In this document: positions 31,001 through 43,644 of the stretch, one piece after another
How the letters are laid out: each line of letters opens with the position of its first letter
Position numbering within the stretch: position 1 is the stretch's first letter
The notes under the pieces: model-generated
Told to the model about the DNA's origin: nothing
Seen by the model: only the letters and a program-made list of their open reading frames with translations
The model's database searches: none
Translations under genes and position numbers: made by a program
Source: Dictyostelium discoideum
Lineage: Eukaryota
Assembly: GCA_000004695.1 (NCBI GenBank)
Contig: CM000153.2
Span: 1-64,000 of the forward strand
DNA: 64,000 bases
Direction: 5' to 3'

Positions 31001-31415
31001 TTTACCATGAAGGTTCAAAACCATTTAATCAACAAAATTTTAATTTTTCAAATAATCGTAAGTAAAAAAAAAAAGAAAAAAAAAAAAATTAATTCCAAAC
31101 AAAAATAAAAAACTAATCTTTAATTTTATTTTTTTTAAAAATATAGAAATTTTAATTATTATTAAAAAAGTTAAAGTTGATGATGGATCAATGATTAATT
31201 ATAAAATTGGAACAATATATAATAATAACATTTCACCATTTGGGCCAATGATACCAGAAGGTTCAGTTTTCAAAAAAGATTCTTTATTCCTTCATTATTT
31301 TATAACAAAGTGTATCAATGCTCAAAATGCTTACTTATCTTGTCCAATATTTAATCAATCCTCTATTTCTAAAAGAGAAATGGCATTAAATGAAATTGTA
31401 AACAAAAAGAAATAG
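28010..31415 (+). CDS. hypothetical large low-complexity protein (about 1070 aa; poly-Thr, poly-Asn and His-rich tracts). Exons 28010..28519, 28627..31057, and a tentative 31147..31415.
   Basis: Intron 1 runs AGT|GTTTGT ... TTTAAAG with both exons in phase 0. The apparent stop of the long ORF (CGT AAG TAA at 31057-31065) overlaps a perfect GTAAGT donor. An 89-bp AT-rich intron ending TATAG would join in-frame to the otherwise unexplained 74-codon ORF 31191-31415. No conserved domain was recognised. Confidence 0.55.
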
Positions 31416-31558
31416 GTTTTTTTTTTTTTTTTTTGTTTTTTTTTTTTGGTTTTTTTTTTTTTTTGAATAAATAAAAAAAAAAAAAAAAGAAGAAAAGAAA
31501 TAAATAAAATAATAAAATTGTTGTATTTAATAAATAAATTTTATTAAAAATTTAATTT

Positions 31559-33775
31559 TTAATGAATCATTGGTTTTTCTTTTTGAGTTAATAAAATATC
31601 TTGGCTTATTTCACCATTTTTAATACGTTCTAATAGATTAGATTTTTGTTTATCATAATTTAAACTACTTGGCAAACTAAATGACGCAACAAATAAAAGT
31701 ACTGTTAAAATTGCTAATAAAACAAATACCATATGGAAATCTAAAGGATAAGGTAAAGAATGTGATAAACTAAATGCTAATAAAGTACCAGCAATCGTTG
31801 GACCAAATGAACGGGATATTGATACTAAAAACATACCAATTGAATTTACCAATGCCATATCCTTTGGTAAAGCTGAATTTGAAACCATTACAATGATTGT
31901 AATAAAGGTAATTTCACTTGCAAACGATTGAAACATATAAACAGGGAATAAAATAGCCCAAAAAATGTGTGGATGTTCGACATGAATATCATCCATTGAT
32001 GATCCACTTGCTCCTCCAACCACTGTAGTTATACAAAATCTTGATAATTCTGGTAATAAAACCCATGTTGGTATTGCAATTAGCAATGCCAAACGATAAG
32101 CTTTTAAAAGACCAATTGATTTAACAACTCTTGGGAAAATGAATAATTGAATTATTAAGGCAAAAATACCTGCTGAACTTTGAACTGTACCTATATTACT
32201 TGAACTGAAACCAAAACCACCACCTGTTGTTACACCAGTTGTAGGATCATATATTCTTTTAACAGGACTCCAATTTGGAAATACCTCTTCAAATATTGTA
32301 AACATAAATCCTAAAAATGCATAGGTAAGACATGAATATATTACTGGTTTATCTTTATATAATTCACCAATTGGTCTTGGTAATTCGTTTAAATCCTCTT
32401 CAACCTCTTCTAACTCTTCTTCAACTAAAATAATTGGAATTGATTTCATATCTTTATCAATACCACTACTAATTCTTATATTTACTTCTTTATTTATATT
32501 ATTATTATTATCATCATCTTCTTTTTCTTGATCCACATAGATATCATGAACTTTATTTTCATTATTGTTGTAATTTTCTTCAAGATTTTCATTTTCATCG
32601 ATTTGTTGTTTAAATCCATTTGATTTTAAAAAATTTGTTTTCTTTATTAAATTTTGAAGAGATGATTTAATTTTCTTTTTTGATAACCCCTTAAGGTTAG
32701 TTGAACTGGATGATGGAATTTTACTGTATGAAAAGGTTTTTGATTCTTGTAGATAAACATAACCTAATACTAACCCCGTAAGTGAAAATAAAACACATAT
32801 AATATTTGGAAGTAAGTAAGGGAATCTACAAAATATATTACCATCACCAAGTAATTCTGGATGTTTCTTACAAAAATTAGAAAAGAAACCTCCAATTAAT
32901 GGTGCAACTAAAAAAAAAAATTGAATTAGTTTTATTAATAATAAAAAAAAAAAAAAAAAAGTGAGAAATACTTACTAATACCACCAACACCCCAACTAAG
33001 CCCAATAAAACTAAATGCTTTTGCTTGATTTGAAGAATCTGTAATTTCCCCAAGCATTGTCTTTGCAATTGATACGTTTCCATTTAATAAACCAGATAAA
33101 AATCTAAAAACTACAACCATTGGATAATTTCTTGAAAATCCAACACCAGTTAAACAAATCATTGAACCAATTAATCCAAGTAAAAGTGATGGACGACGGC
33201 CACGATAATTACTAAACCAACCCCAAAAAAAACTTGAAACTAATTGTGCTATATAATAAGATGATGCTAAAATTCCTACGAAATAACTAATTAATTTTTT
33301 AGTTTCAAGTTTTAATTAAAATAAATAAAATAAATAATAATAATAATAAAATAATAATAAAGATTAAAATTAATAATCCATTTCTATTTTATTTTTTTTT
33401 TATTTTAAAAAAAAAATATATTTACCCCAATTTATTTTTATCAGTGGTTAAATTAAAACTTGAAACCAAAAAATTAACATATGGAAAAATTGATAAAGAG
33501 TTGATAGCATCACAAAGCATAATTATAAAAATTGCCAATATTTTCATCATCGGAAGTGGAGTGATTGTATCATCAAGTTGATTTTTATTTGTTTTTTGAG
33601 TATCGGTTTCCTCTAATTCAATTGATTCATCTCCATCTTCTTCAATTGATTCATTTTGTTTATCAATTAATTTATTTTTATATTCATCATCTTTATTCTC
33701 AGAAATTTTTACACTATTTGGTAGAATCACTCCGATTTCTTCATTTTCATCACTAAATTCATTAATTGATATCAT
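31559..33775 (-). CDS. major facilitator superfamily transporter (about 669 aa). Exons 33775..33426, 33286..32976 and 32907..31559.
   Basis: The N-terminal MFS half has MKILAIFIIMLCDAINSLSIFPYV, WGWFSNYRGRRPSLLLGLIGSMI and the motif GEITDSSNQAKAFSFIGLSWGVGGIIAPLIGG. The C-terminal half has six further helices. Donors are GG|GTAAAT and A|GTAAGT, and acceptors are TTAATTAG and TTTTTAG. Intron 2 is only 68 bp. Confidence 0.75.
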
Positions 33776-34225
33776 TCACTATCTTTTTTGAATTTATTTT
33801 TTATTTAAAAAATTTTTAAACAAATAAAAAAATATGGAAAAAAAAAGAAAAGTGATTAAAAAGATTCGTTGATTTCTAAATGTTTTTTTTTGACGTTTTT
33901 GATAACATATAAAAAATTTTAAAAAAAAAAATAAAAAAAAAATTAATGGTTTTTTTTTAAAAAAAAAAAAAAAAAATAAATAAAAATAAAATTAAATAAA
34001 GTTATCAGGTGTCAAAATTCGTAAATTTAAAACAAAAGAAATCCCACACCAGGCAAAATTTTTTTTTTTAAAACCCACTTTCAATTTGGTATCGCATCAT
34101 TCCAGCCTAAGTTTTGATAATTAATTTCCCAACACTGCAAAGATATTTTTTCATTTTTTTTTTTATTTTATTTTTTTTTTTTTTCGAAATTAATTTAATA
34201 AAATAAACTATTTTTAATTTTTATT

Positions 34226-35390
34226 TTATTTTAAGGTTGTTGTTACAATATTTTTTAGTAAAATTAATCTTGTCCTTTTCATTTTATCTGAGAACGAAGG
34301 TGAATAATATGAAGCTTTTTCAGCATTAATTAATTTTGTGAGAAGGTAATCTAAAAATACATTATCCTTTTTCCAAATTTTTTGAGGTGGGAAAAAGGGT
34401 GATGATGTTGAAACACCATCTTTGTAGGTGATTGAAACAGAGTATTTAGTAATTTCATTTGAATTAATTTTTTCTAATGGTTGAATAACAACGAAAACAT
34501 CTATTTTTTTTAAAAAATTTTAAGTGTTAATAAAATTAAAAATAAAAATATAAATAATTTTGTTTTAGGAAAAAAAAAAAAAAAAAAACTTACGATTAAA
34601 TTCAGATTTTAACATATTTGGTTTAAAAGGTGGTGAACAATTTATATCTTGAAAAATTATAACAATAATATCATTACCAATATGACGTTTTCTTTCGAGT
34701 TGTTGTTGGTCATTTGGATAGAAAGGTAAATATGTACTAACATGGAACATTATTGATACATTGAATTTCTTAGTTTCACTTATGGAAACTTCTTTAGTTT
34801 TAAAAACTGAATGAGTACCAGTTGTATCATCTAAAAATAAATAAATTTATATTAAAAAATTTTAGTTAGTTGTTATTAATTACAAATTTTTGGTTTATAA
34901 TTGTTTGTTTTCAATTGAAAATATTTACTTTTTACATCTAAACCACCTTTAAATTTATCAAAACCTTTTAATTTAACTTTTTCACCAATGAATTCTAAAA
35001 ACTCTTTAAATTCAGGACTTTCATCTTTATTTGAAAAGAAATCATTTTCATTGGTTTGATTATTCTTTCTATAGAGGATACCAAATTTATAATCTTTAGT
35101 CATTTGAGCGGTTTCCCAATATTGAAGCATCTTTCTAGTTTCAGAGTTATTTGGAATTTTTTGGAATTGTAATTCAGGATAATCAGAGAGATAGAAAGAT
35201 TTAATTGTATTGATAAGTTCATGTGGTGATGATTTACCAGAGGATAAATAAAATCTATCTTCACCATCTTTAGTTCTAATAATCGTTTTAAATTTTCTTT
35301 CTGTTGATTCAATATTTGGTATTGGAGTAATTGGTTGTAATGTTAATTGTGGTGATTGTTGTATTTGTTGTTGTTGTTGTTGTTGTTGAG

Positions 35391-35429
<39 letters not shown>

Positions 35430-37566
35430 GAGTTAATTGTTGTAATGCTTGAGTTGAGTGTGCTTGTTGAGGTAAATTTAAAAATGATGATGAAGGTGTT
35501 GTTGTTGATGATGATGATGATGATGATGGGAGGGTATGTACAGATAAATTTGGACAACTTGCACTAACTTCAGTAATATATGAGTTTTCTTTTTTCTTTT
35601 TCTTTAATTTTCTATAGGAAGGAGTTCTTTCAGCCTCTCTTTTTATACTAATAACAACTGGACCAAGTTCATCTTGGTTATTTGCTAAATAGTTTTTATG
35701 TCTATCTTTCATAAAACTTTCAAAATAATGTGGGAATTCATTTTCAATCTCTTCAATGCATAATGATTGATTATTGTTGTTGTTGTTATTATTTGAATCT
35801 TCTTGCATTTCATTTTCTTTTTTCCAACCGGGACAACTCATAATTAATTGTAATATCCTACTGTTATATTCTTCGTTATTAGTTTCAATTATTGGTTTAG
35901 TTGTCTGTTGTTCTTCTTTGGTTGGATTGTTTTGTTGATTGATATTATTTTCAATCTTTAATAATGATACATTAATAGAATTTGTATTTGGAAGTGGAGT
36001 ATTAAAGAATTTCTTTTTACTTGGTCTTGTTCCTGCAAATAATTTTTGACTATTTATTTCAATTTTGGTTTGTTCTATAGCAACATCTTCAAATTCAGTT
36101 TGAAAAATAATATTATCTAATTTTAATTCTGCTACAGTTGGTCTTCTTATTAATCTTCTTTCTAATGATTTCTTTAAATCTTCTTGATCTTGATCTTCAT
36201 CAATGTTGTTAATCTCTTCTGTAGGTAGTATTGTTGTTGTTGTTGTTGTTGGTGGTAGTGGTGGTGGTGATGATAGATTTTCACCATTAATTAATGTTAA
36301 CATATTTGGATCTGATATTGATTTTCTTTCTAACTTTTTAGAACTTGTTGGTGATTGCTGTTGCTGTTGTTGTTGTTGTTGTTGTAATGGTGGTTGTTGA
36401 GATGAGGTTGTTGTATTTATTGAATTACTATTACAAATTGGAGAAGGAGCATGTCCTTTTTGAGTTATTGGTAAACCATAGATTTCATTTGTTGATAATT
36501 CTGGTAAATTCATTGATGGACTATTATTTGCACTACCATTGTTATCTTCTTCTTTACTTTTTGATCTTTGATGACTAGAACTACTAGTACTAAATATTTT
36601 TAATTTACCTTTTTTATAAATTTGTTTTTTAGGTGGTTCATCATCAGATGAAGTATCAAAATCTGAATCGTCAGAGGAATTGAATTCTAATAAATTACTA
36701 TTATTACCACCACCAATGAAACTTGATCTATTATTTTTGCCATTACCATTTCCACTAATTGAAAAGAAAGAATCAATCTTTGATTTAAATGATTCTCCTT
36801 CTTTCTTTCTTAATGATCCACCTGTTGGTGTATTTGATCCATTACCACTAAAATTATTATTATTATTATTATTATTGTTGTTGTTGTTGAGAGTTAATTG
36901 ATGAGTTGAGCCACTGCAACTATTTATACTTGAACTTGATGAATTTAAACTTGGTGATTCAGCACCTGATCCTCCAACATTACCATTGCTATTTAAATCA
37001 TTATCATCCAAAAGATTACTATTGCTAGTTGACTTTTTGAAAAAGTTTGAAACTGATTTCATTTTATTTGGTTTTTTTGGTGAAAGTTCACCACCTGAAT
37101 TTACTGTTGCATATTTCTTTTTTGGTACAAGATCACCTGCTGATAAATCAAAACTAGTTACTGATAATGTTTTCTTTGGTTTTTGTTTTTCTGAAACAAA
37201 TGATGGTGTCGATGTATTTGATGAATTTAATGATGGTGTTGATGAATTTGAATTTGGATTTGAATTTGGATTTGAATTTGGATTTGAATTTGAATTTGAA
37301 TTTAAAGAAGAGATAGCTGTTCCTGATGAAGATGAAGAAAGGAATTTTCTATCTGTAATCAATGATGATAAGGTTGTTGGTGCTGTTGTATGTGGTGGTG
37401 GTTGCAAAATTGTTTTATTTGTTGATACTGTATTTGTTGGTTCTATTGTTGATTGTTGATTAATATTACTTGAGTCTCCAATTTCTAAACTGTCTAATTT
37501 CTCTCCTAAAATACCAGCTAATTCTTGAGATTTAGATAATGATACATCGCTTTGGCTCCTTTTCAT
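34226..37566 (-). CDS. RapGAP-domain protein with a long Ser/Asn/Gln-rich N-terminal region (about 1064 aa). Exons 37566..34884, 34830..34594 and 34500..34226.
   Basis: RapGAP catalytic-domain hallmarks are split over three exons. These are [32 protein letters not shown]...[36 protein letters not shown] (the Asn-thumb region), and HVFVVIQP...[23 protein letters not shown]. Donors are T|GTAATT and C|GTAAGT, and acceptors are TTTTTAG and AAATAG. The first intron is only 53 bp. Confidence 0.78.
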
Positions 37567-38137
37567 TTTTTTTTTATTTATTTTATTTTGTTTTTGTCGG
37601 TTGGTATTACCACTACTATATTACAGAGTTAAGAATTTTTTTTTTTTAAAAAAAAAAAAACTACAACTATTTATTTGTTTATTTTTTTTATTTGTTCACA
37701 AATTTTTTTTTTTTTTTTAGTAATTTATAATACTAAATTTATTACTATTTTTTTTTTTTTTTTTTAATATATGATTTATTTATTTATTTATTATTTATTT
37801 ATTTATTTATTTTTATTATTATTTAAAATCATAAAAATAATGTTAAAAAAAAAAAAAAAAAAAATTAAAAAATTAAAAAATTATTAATTGTTATTATAAA
37901 TTTGTAACAAGGTGGATTTGATTATAATAATATTTTATTTTATGATGTAATAATAAAATTGATTTATGTGGGTGTTTTAAAAAAAAATATTTTTAAAAAT
38001 AAAATAAAAAAGTACAATTTATTAATTAATTAATTTTTTTTTTTTTTTTTTTTGTTAATATAAAAAAAAAATAAAAATAATGTGTACTATACAAATGTTG
38101 ATTGAATCAATTTAATAAATAAAAATAGAAAGTTGAT

Positions 38138-38179
<42 letters not shown>

Positions 38180-38191
<12 letters not shown>

Positions 38192-38300
38192 GGGGAAAAA
38201 CCCCGGGGGAAAGGGGTTAAAACCAAAAAAATTATAGCCCGAAATTTAATTTTGGGGGGGGAAAAAAAAAAAAAAGTGTGAGTGGGTTGTTTTAGTGATT
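38180..38300. other. G-run cluster (GGGGG, GGGGG, GGGG, GGGGGGGG, GGGGG) in an AT-rich intergenic region, followed by a (TTTTC)n microsatellite at 38321-38345
   Basis: TTGGGGGAAAAACCCCGGGGGAAAGGGGTTAAAACC...TTTTGGGGGGGGAAAA...TTGGGGGTTTT. G/C homopolymers of 4 or more bases are otherwise almost absent from this window. Confidence 0.5.
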
Positions 38301-38322
38301 TGTTGGGGGTTTTTTTTTTTTC

Positions 38323-38356
<34 letters not shown>

Positions 38357-38377
38357 CTTTTTTCTTTTTTTTTTTTT

Positions 38378-38413
<36 letters not shown>

Positions 38414-38802
38414 TTAAAAATCTAAATTAAAAAAAAAAAATTATTACTGACTAAAGAAAAAAAAAAAAAAAAAAAAAAAGAGTAATATTATAATATTTAT
38501 TTTATTTGTATATGGTGTTGATATTGATTTTATTTTTATTTGAAATTTTTAGAATTGAGTGTTTTTGAAATCAGAACCAATGATATTGTTTTAAAATTTT
38601 TGCCGTTGCCTATTGGTTTGTAAAAAAAAAAAAAAAAAATAAAAATAAAAAAAAATAAAAAAAAAAAAAAATAAAAATAAAAATAAAAATAAAAAAAAAA
38701 AATGGAAAGATATTTTATTTAATAATTTTTTTTTTAATTTTTTTTTTTTTTTTTACAAACCAAGAGCCAACAGAGGATCGATTTCACCCATCAAAAAATT
38801 AA

Positions 38803-38922
38803 TCAAAGATTTGTGTGGCTTGACACAAATAAATTATTGTTTCTTTCATTCCCATCCAAATAATAATTGTAACCTCCATTTAAATTTCCACTATAAAATT
38901 GATTAAAATTATTATTTAAAAA

Positions 38923-38982
<60 letters not shown>

Positions 38983-38988
38983 TAAAAA

Positions 38989-39036
<48 letters not shown>

Positions 39037-41666
39037 TATTTTATTATTATTATTATTATTAAAATTATTATTAAAATTATTATTATTAAAATTATTATTT
39101 AAATAATTATTTAATAAATTATTATTATCATATTGATTAAAATTATTATTATTAATATTATTTTGATTATCATAAATAAAATCATCATTATCAATTATTG
39201 GATAAGATATTGAAGATGATGATAAATTTAATTCACCAAGTTCAGTTTCATTTACTTCATCTCTAAATTTTGAGTAATCATTAAAATTCTTAAATTTATT
39301 TGATATGGAGGGTAAGTTTGTCGGTGAAAAGAAATTGAAATTTGAAAAAATATTATTACCATTTGGAATATTATTAATGTTATTATTTATATCATAATTT
39401 AGATAGTGTTGATAGTTATTATTTGCTTTTTTAATTAATTCAGTTTGAATAATTGGTGAGTCTTGATACTCTAATATTAATTTTGTTCTATAGTATTGTG
39501 ATCCACTACCACCATCCCTATCATTACCTAAAATTGAAGAGGAGGAAGAGGAATTGGATGATAATTTTCTACGAATGAAATAAATCGCTACTGCACCACC
39601 ATAAAATGAGGCTGTTATTATAACTAATGATATTATTATTTTTGTAGAGGTTTTCATTCTTTTTAATTCTTTTTTAGAGAAACAATTTGTACCATCTCCA
39701 CCACAAATACCACATAAATCAATGGTTTTTGTTGAATTTAGAACTCCATCACATCCAATTAAACAAGTATCATTATTACCACCACATACTCCACATAAAT
39801 CAAATTTTATCGTTGAGTTTACAATTCCATCACAACCAATAAAACATGTACTATTATCACCACCACAAATGCCACAAACATCATATATTAATGTTGAGTT
39901 TACAATTCCATCACAAGCAATTAAACAGCTATCATTATTACCACCACAAACACCACATAAATCAAAAATAACTGTTGAATTTACAATACCATCACAACCA
40001 ATTAAACAGCTATCATTTTTACCACCACATACACCACATAAATCAAATTTCTTTTTACTTTCGAATATTCCATCACATCCGATATTAGATTCACAGAGAG
40101 TACCATTTCCGCCACATACATTACATTGATCTCTAACTTCACCAAATTCACATGCTGTTGATAATTTTACCAATTGAGAAATACATTGTATTATAGATGG
40201 AGTATCATCATTACAATTCAATGATGTTGGGAAACATGTTCCAGAAAATCCCATTTTACCATTTAAGCTAATTAGGCCTGATAAACCACCATTACCTTTG
40301 TTACCACTAAAATATTGATTACATTGATTTAGCTCAACTTTGGAGATTACCGACATTAATGGTAAGGATACACCTCCTTGACCACCTGACCCAAATCCAC
40401 CTTTACCACCGTTACCACCATTGCCACCCTGACCACCCAATGGCATGTCAATTGAAAAGTTATCATTAATGAATGGTTTACCACCTTCACCTCCAGAGTA
40501 TCCAAGTTCTGGTTGAGTTGAATTTCCACCATCACCTCCATTACCAGAGATGATATTACAAAATTGGATAATAGTACCATTAGATTTAAATATATAAATA
40601 CCAATTGAACTACCACCATCACCTCCATTCTTTCCAGCTCTACCACCACAACCACCGCCACCTCCTCCACCACCTGATCCACCAAAAACTAAACATTGAT
40701 TATTAAATGATCCGCCACCACCACCTCCTCCACCACCACCTTTACCATTTTTACCATCAGTTGCTTTTATTTTAATCGATAGTAAACCTTTATATGTTAA
40801 TTGAACTTTTGTTAATTTTGAATTTACACCATTTTCACCATTATCTCCATCAATACCAAATGATAAAGGATTTACAGTGAATGAGTCTGAAGCTATTCCC
40901 TGACCACCAACCCCTCCCCCATTGGTACCATTTAAACCATTTTCACCATATTCTCTTCCCCGTCCTGGTCTACCACCTTTACCACCCGCTGATAAATAAT
41001 TTTTTTGAGAATAATGATTGTCACAAATACCAGATGATCCTCCATTTCCAGGTTTTGGAATTTTGCAACCTCCACAGTCTATATCATCATTTCCAAAAGT
41101 GACTGCACCATCACCTTCACAGCCACTATTACCATCTTTACCATTTTTACCATTATATTTATTAGAACTCTGAAATGATTGTAAAGTTAAACCATTTGCA
41201 CCATCACCAGATTCAATTCTTAAAAATCTTAATGTTACATTTTCACTTTTTGAAATTAATATACCATAGGATGATGGTGTCTCTTCAAATGCCATTGACG
41301 ATTGATCAGAAATTGAAGGTGAATCATTTGAATAAATTGAAAGATGTGATAATACAATGTTTCTATTATTACCAGTTATATTAAATGCAATTGGTTTTTT
41401 ACATTTAATAATAGTTCCAGATGTAAAAGGGATTTGATCAATATATTCTCTTTTCCAATTTGGTAAACCATAGTAACCTCCAAATATTGAAATCGGATTA
41501 TTATCAATTGAAATTGTTGATTTTAATATATATTCTCCTTTTGATAGTATTATTGATATTTTTTCATTTTTTAATTTTAATGATTTTAAATATGAAATTG
41601 AATATTCTAAATTTTTAAATGGGCTTTTCTATAATATTAAAAAAGAAATTATATTAAAATTAATAC

Positions 41667-41700
<34 letters not shown>

Positions 41701-42072
41701 TAATAATTAAAATAATAATAATAAAAAATAATAATAATAATTAAAAAAACTTACAATTGTACCAAAATTTGAATCCAATCCATTATTTGTATCCACAAAA
41801 ATAAATTTTTCACTTTTTTCATCTCCAATCAATTGAAGATTTTGATTATTAAATGAATTTTCAAATTCATTATCAATTTGTTCAGAAATTGAAAATAATG
41901 AATTTATTTCACTTTTAATAACAATTATTAATAAAAATAAAAAGATTAAAATCTTATCTGAATTGGATTTATTAATAATAAAAAATAAAAATAATCTGTT
42001 AATATTAATATTAATAAAAAAAAAATTAAAAAAAAAATAAAAAAATTAAATTCACATACATTTAGATTTCAT
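38803..42072 (-). CDS. predicted type I membrane glycoprotein with a Gly-rich region and 5 tandem ~25-aa cysteine repeats (CDGIVNSTxxFDLCGVCGGNNDSCLIG), one transmembrane helix and an Asn-rich cytoplasmic tail (about 1027 aa). Exons 42072..42056 (tentative), 41995..41755 and 41628..38803.
   Basis: The 830-aa ORF extends in-frame upstream to a TATAG acceptor at 41629-41633. Upstream are an exon ending ACAATT|GTAAGT and a 17-nt first exon ATGAAATCTAAATGTAT|GTGAAT. Together they give a signal-peptide-like N-terminus, MKSKCILFLFFII.... The transmembrane helix is IIISLVIITASFYGGAVAIYFI. The Cys repeats are obvious in the translation. The family is not named with confidence; it resembles Dictyostelium extracellular Cys-repeat proteins. 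Confidence 0.6.
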
Positions 42073-42515
42073 CTTATTTTTAAAGATATCAAAAAATTAA
42101 AATAATAATAATTGTAAATATTGTAATTTTTTATACAATCAAAGTGAAAAAAAAAAAAAAAAAAAAAAAATAAATAAATAAATAAAAAAAAGAAATAAAA
42201 AAAAAATTAAATTAAAATTAATTTGTAAAACAAATTTGAAAAAATATATATATATACAAATAGTGTTAACGCTGTTTATGTATATTAATAAAAGTGTGTT
42301 GTTTTTTTTTTTTTTTTCTAATTTAAAATAAATTTATTTTTAATTTAAAAAAAAAAAAAAAAAGTTTGATTTGTAAAATGTCAGTTGGATGTGTTGCTAT
42401 AATTTATATAATAACACATAATAAATAAAATTTTATTGACTATTAAATATTTAATAATAGGCTTTGTTTTTTGTTTTTTTTTTTTTTTTTTTTTTTGGAA
42501 AGTGGAATGATGATT

Positions 42516-43570
42516 CTAATTATTTTGAGTATTTTTTGATGGCGATATTGAAGTTGATGAAGTGGTAGTTTGTTGATAATTATTTAAAAATGATCTTGGA
42601 GAACTTGGTAATGGGAGTGATTGTTGTTGTTGTTGTAGTTGTTGTTGCTGTTGATCAATTGGATTATCAATTATATTTAATCTTTGAATTAAATCGAATC
42701 TAGCTCTAACTTCATCAAAACTATTTGGATTAAAATTTGAGATTTCATTAAGTTGAGATTTTAATTTTTTAATTACTAAAGGAAACATCATATAGGTTGC
42801 ATTCATTTGAATCCAAAGGTGATCCAATAGATTGAAAATGAGGAAATACAATTCCTCAAAAGCATGATCATTATGTCTAGACATTGAACAAAGCATAGCC
42901 ATATAGGAGGAAGACCAAAAACTACTATACCAAGGTTGTTGAAGTGAATCCTCAGAGATTTGAAAAACCTCAAAGATCAAATTTGAAATGTTTATACCAG
43001 CCACAGCAAAAGGATAATCTCTATCCTGAGCTAGAATCTCCTGTACCCAATCATTATGATGTTGAACCAAATGAATTAGATTCAATAGACCCATTATACC
43101 CATACCACGAAAATCTCTAGTTGGATCATCACTTTGAAAGCCAAATTTCTTCCATAGGGGTGACTTTTTTTGAAACTCTTGCTCTGGATATAGCAAACTC
43201 CATAAATGTTTTAAGTATTCCTCATGATCGGGATTTGTTGATTCATAGATTGTCGATTTCTTTTGAAATAATATCTTTATAGTTTGTGATTGTTTAGCAG
43301 TAACTTTCTTTGATCTATCTATATGTGATCCTAATAACTCTAAAAGTTCTAAAGATTCTTCTTGGGTTTTTAATATGTACATTGAAGTCTCTTTATTACT
43401 CCAGGTTAATAAAATTTTACCACCAATTTCTTGATTATTATTATTATTATTATTATTATTTTCAATATTTTGTTGATTATTAATTTGATTAATTGAAGGT
43501 GTTGTTGAATATTTTCTTAATTTTTCTTGGTTTATATTTGTATTTACTGTTGTTGATGATGTTGGTGTGG

Positions 43571-43644
<74 letters not shown>

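Noticed and set aside
35100-37459. Antisense or alternate-frame ORFs inside the RapGAP gene (35100-35312, 35309-35567, 36203-36901, 36986-37459)
   Set aside because: Their low-complexity translations (poly-V, poly-T, poly-C, EFGF repeats) mirror the sense-strand Ser/Asn/Gln repeats. The sense frame carries the conserved domain.
39722-41384. Plus-strand ORFs (39722-40129, 40881-41102, 41175-41384) and the minus alternate-frame ORF 40356-40685
   Set aside because: They are antisense or alternate-frame to the cysteine-repeat gene. Their periodic peptide (PSQPIKQ...) simply reflects the tandem repeats on the other strand.
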